The notes under the pieces were generated by a model. That model was given only the letters and a program-made list of their open reading frames with translations. It had not been told where the DNA came from and ran no database searches. The translations under genes and the position numbers were made by a program. From IMG/VR virus record IMGVR_UViG_3300017774_005745, positions 1-64,000 of that record: 64,000 nucleotides of DNA, one strand, 5' to 3'. Origin of the DNA: a virus. Shown here one piece after another: positions 63,106 through 64,000 of the stretch; positions within the stretch are counted from its first letter, which is position 1, and every line of letters starts with the position of its first letter.

Positions 63106-64000
63106 ACCTCATGACCGTTAGATCGCTCCTTGATGAGCTTGAGAAAATCGCCGTCTCTGAGGAGTGGATTCGACGCCATGCTAGGAGAGGATCCCTACTG
63201 AGACATTCACTCAGTCGCGATGAGCATGGCGCTAGACTCGAAGGAGATCCTTTTGGATCGTATTACAAGACTCTCAAAGGAAAAGAACGGCCCCCTTTTG
63301 CCGGTACGAAGAGTACGTTGAAGGATGACCCACGTACACGTAACAAGAGACAAGCTAAGATAGATGGTACGTGGGAAGGCTTTGATGACTACTCTAGAGG
63401 ACAGAGACTCAAAGAAGTAGGTGGAAAAGAATATAGTAAGCAGAAACCATCTAATAAATCACCACCTACTCAAACAAACTCATCACCGACATCTACTCAA
63501 AAACTTCCTTCTTTTGCTAAAAAACACTGGAAGAAGGGTGTTGCTGGTCTCGCTGCAACCGGCCTTGCTGCTGGTGCCTACGCTCTTCATAAGAAGAGAA
63601 AAAGTAATCGTGAGAAGACGGCAGAGTCCGAAGAGGGAGGTGCTGTGAACTACGTAAAGGGCATCGGAAAGAATCTCAAAGGGGCAGCTAAGGACCTAAC
63701 GCATCCAATCTCAAGGGCTCACCACGAGCTCAGGAGAATGGGACGAGACATCAACTCAGCGATTACTGGGAAGAAGGGTAATAGACAACTCACTCCCATG
63801 CAGAGAGCTGGTAAAATTGGGAACCACGGCCTAACTGCTGCATTTACCGTCCCGGCCGCCGCTGCCGCACTGAAGAAGGATCCCTCTGGACAAACATCCC
63901 GTGCAGAGCGAGTATCAAGATTCGTAGGCTCTACGATTGGAAACCTCGCCACCTCTCGAAGAGGTCTCTCGGGTTCGATTGCGGGAAGCATCGCCGGAGA
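63102..64000 (+). CDS. basic modular protein with DELEKIA motif (runs off the right edge; not in the ORF track)
   Basis: Own translation is open to the window end: MNLMTVRSLLDELEKIAVSEEWIRRH...KKGVAGLAATGLAAGAYALHKKRKSNREKTAE...GSTIGNLATSRRGLSGSIAGSIAG. Confidence 0.75.
   Translation, partial: MNLMTVRSLLDELEKIAVSEEWIRRHARRGSLLRHSLSRDEHGARLEGDPFGSYYKTLKGKERPPFAGTKSTLKDDPRTRNKRQAKIDGTWEGFDDYSRGQRLKEVGGKEYSKQKPSNKSPPTQTNSSPTSTQKLPSFAKKHWKKGVAGLAATGLAAGAYALHKKRKSNREKTAESEEGGAVNYVKGIGKNLKGAAKDLTHPISRAHHELRRMGRDINSAITGKKGNRQLTPMQRAGKIGNHGLTAAFTVPAAAAALKKDPSGQTSRAERVSRFVGSTIGNLATSRRGLSGSIAGSIAG

Noticed and set aside
1-64000. Stop-codon reassignment (alternative genetic code)
   Set aside because: Known genes (polA, nrdJ, recA, thyX, dnaB) are full length under the standard code and all three stops terminate genes.

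Overview
This is a 64-kb internal piece of a large, uncultivated-type tailed dsDNA phage genome, using the standard genetic code and densely coding. The contractile-tail baseplate genes point to a myovirus-like virion, and an overlapping spanin pair points to a diderm host; a Myxococcota-like host is only weakly suggested. Genes fall into strand blocks. (i) 1-5406, mostly minus: a truncated WGR-like/DNA-ligase N-terminus, a small operon with a ubiquitin-like protein ending in Gly-Gly, and class II ribonucleotide reductase. (ii) 5522-40438, plus: tape measure-like protein, baseplate hub/wedge/J-like proteins, small basic proteins, a sigma-70-family factor, a 1500-aa beta-helix tailspike and lysis membrane genes. 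(iii) 40479-59640, minus: RusA, ThyX, Tmk, Cas4-like nuclease, Hjc-like nuclease, RecA, HU, PolA, SSB-like protein, primase, DnaB, family-4 UDG and an SF2 helicase. (iv) 59792 to the window end, plus: putative head/internal proteins. I found no tRNA, CRISPR array, integrase, reverse transcriptase, intron or intein. Capsid, portal, terminase and endolysin genes are not recognisable here. The main candidate novelties are: (1) a putative phage ubiquitin-like operon (beta-grasp-GG protein, Cys-containing E2-like partner, Zn finger); (2) a shared DELEKI(A/S) / K-x-A motif system in basic, glycine-zipper proteins, with a homologous post-motif module (AVSxEWIR) shared between two genes and the same motif on the phage sigma factor; (3) a GG(C/T)ATAAG motif at fixed distance upstream of the minus-strand units; (4) a start-less open frame implying a -1 frameshift at CCCT-TAG. 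All functional calls come from motif recognition by eye; no database search was run.
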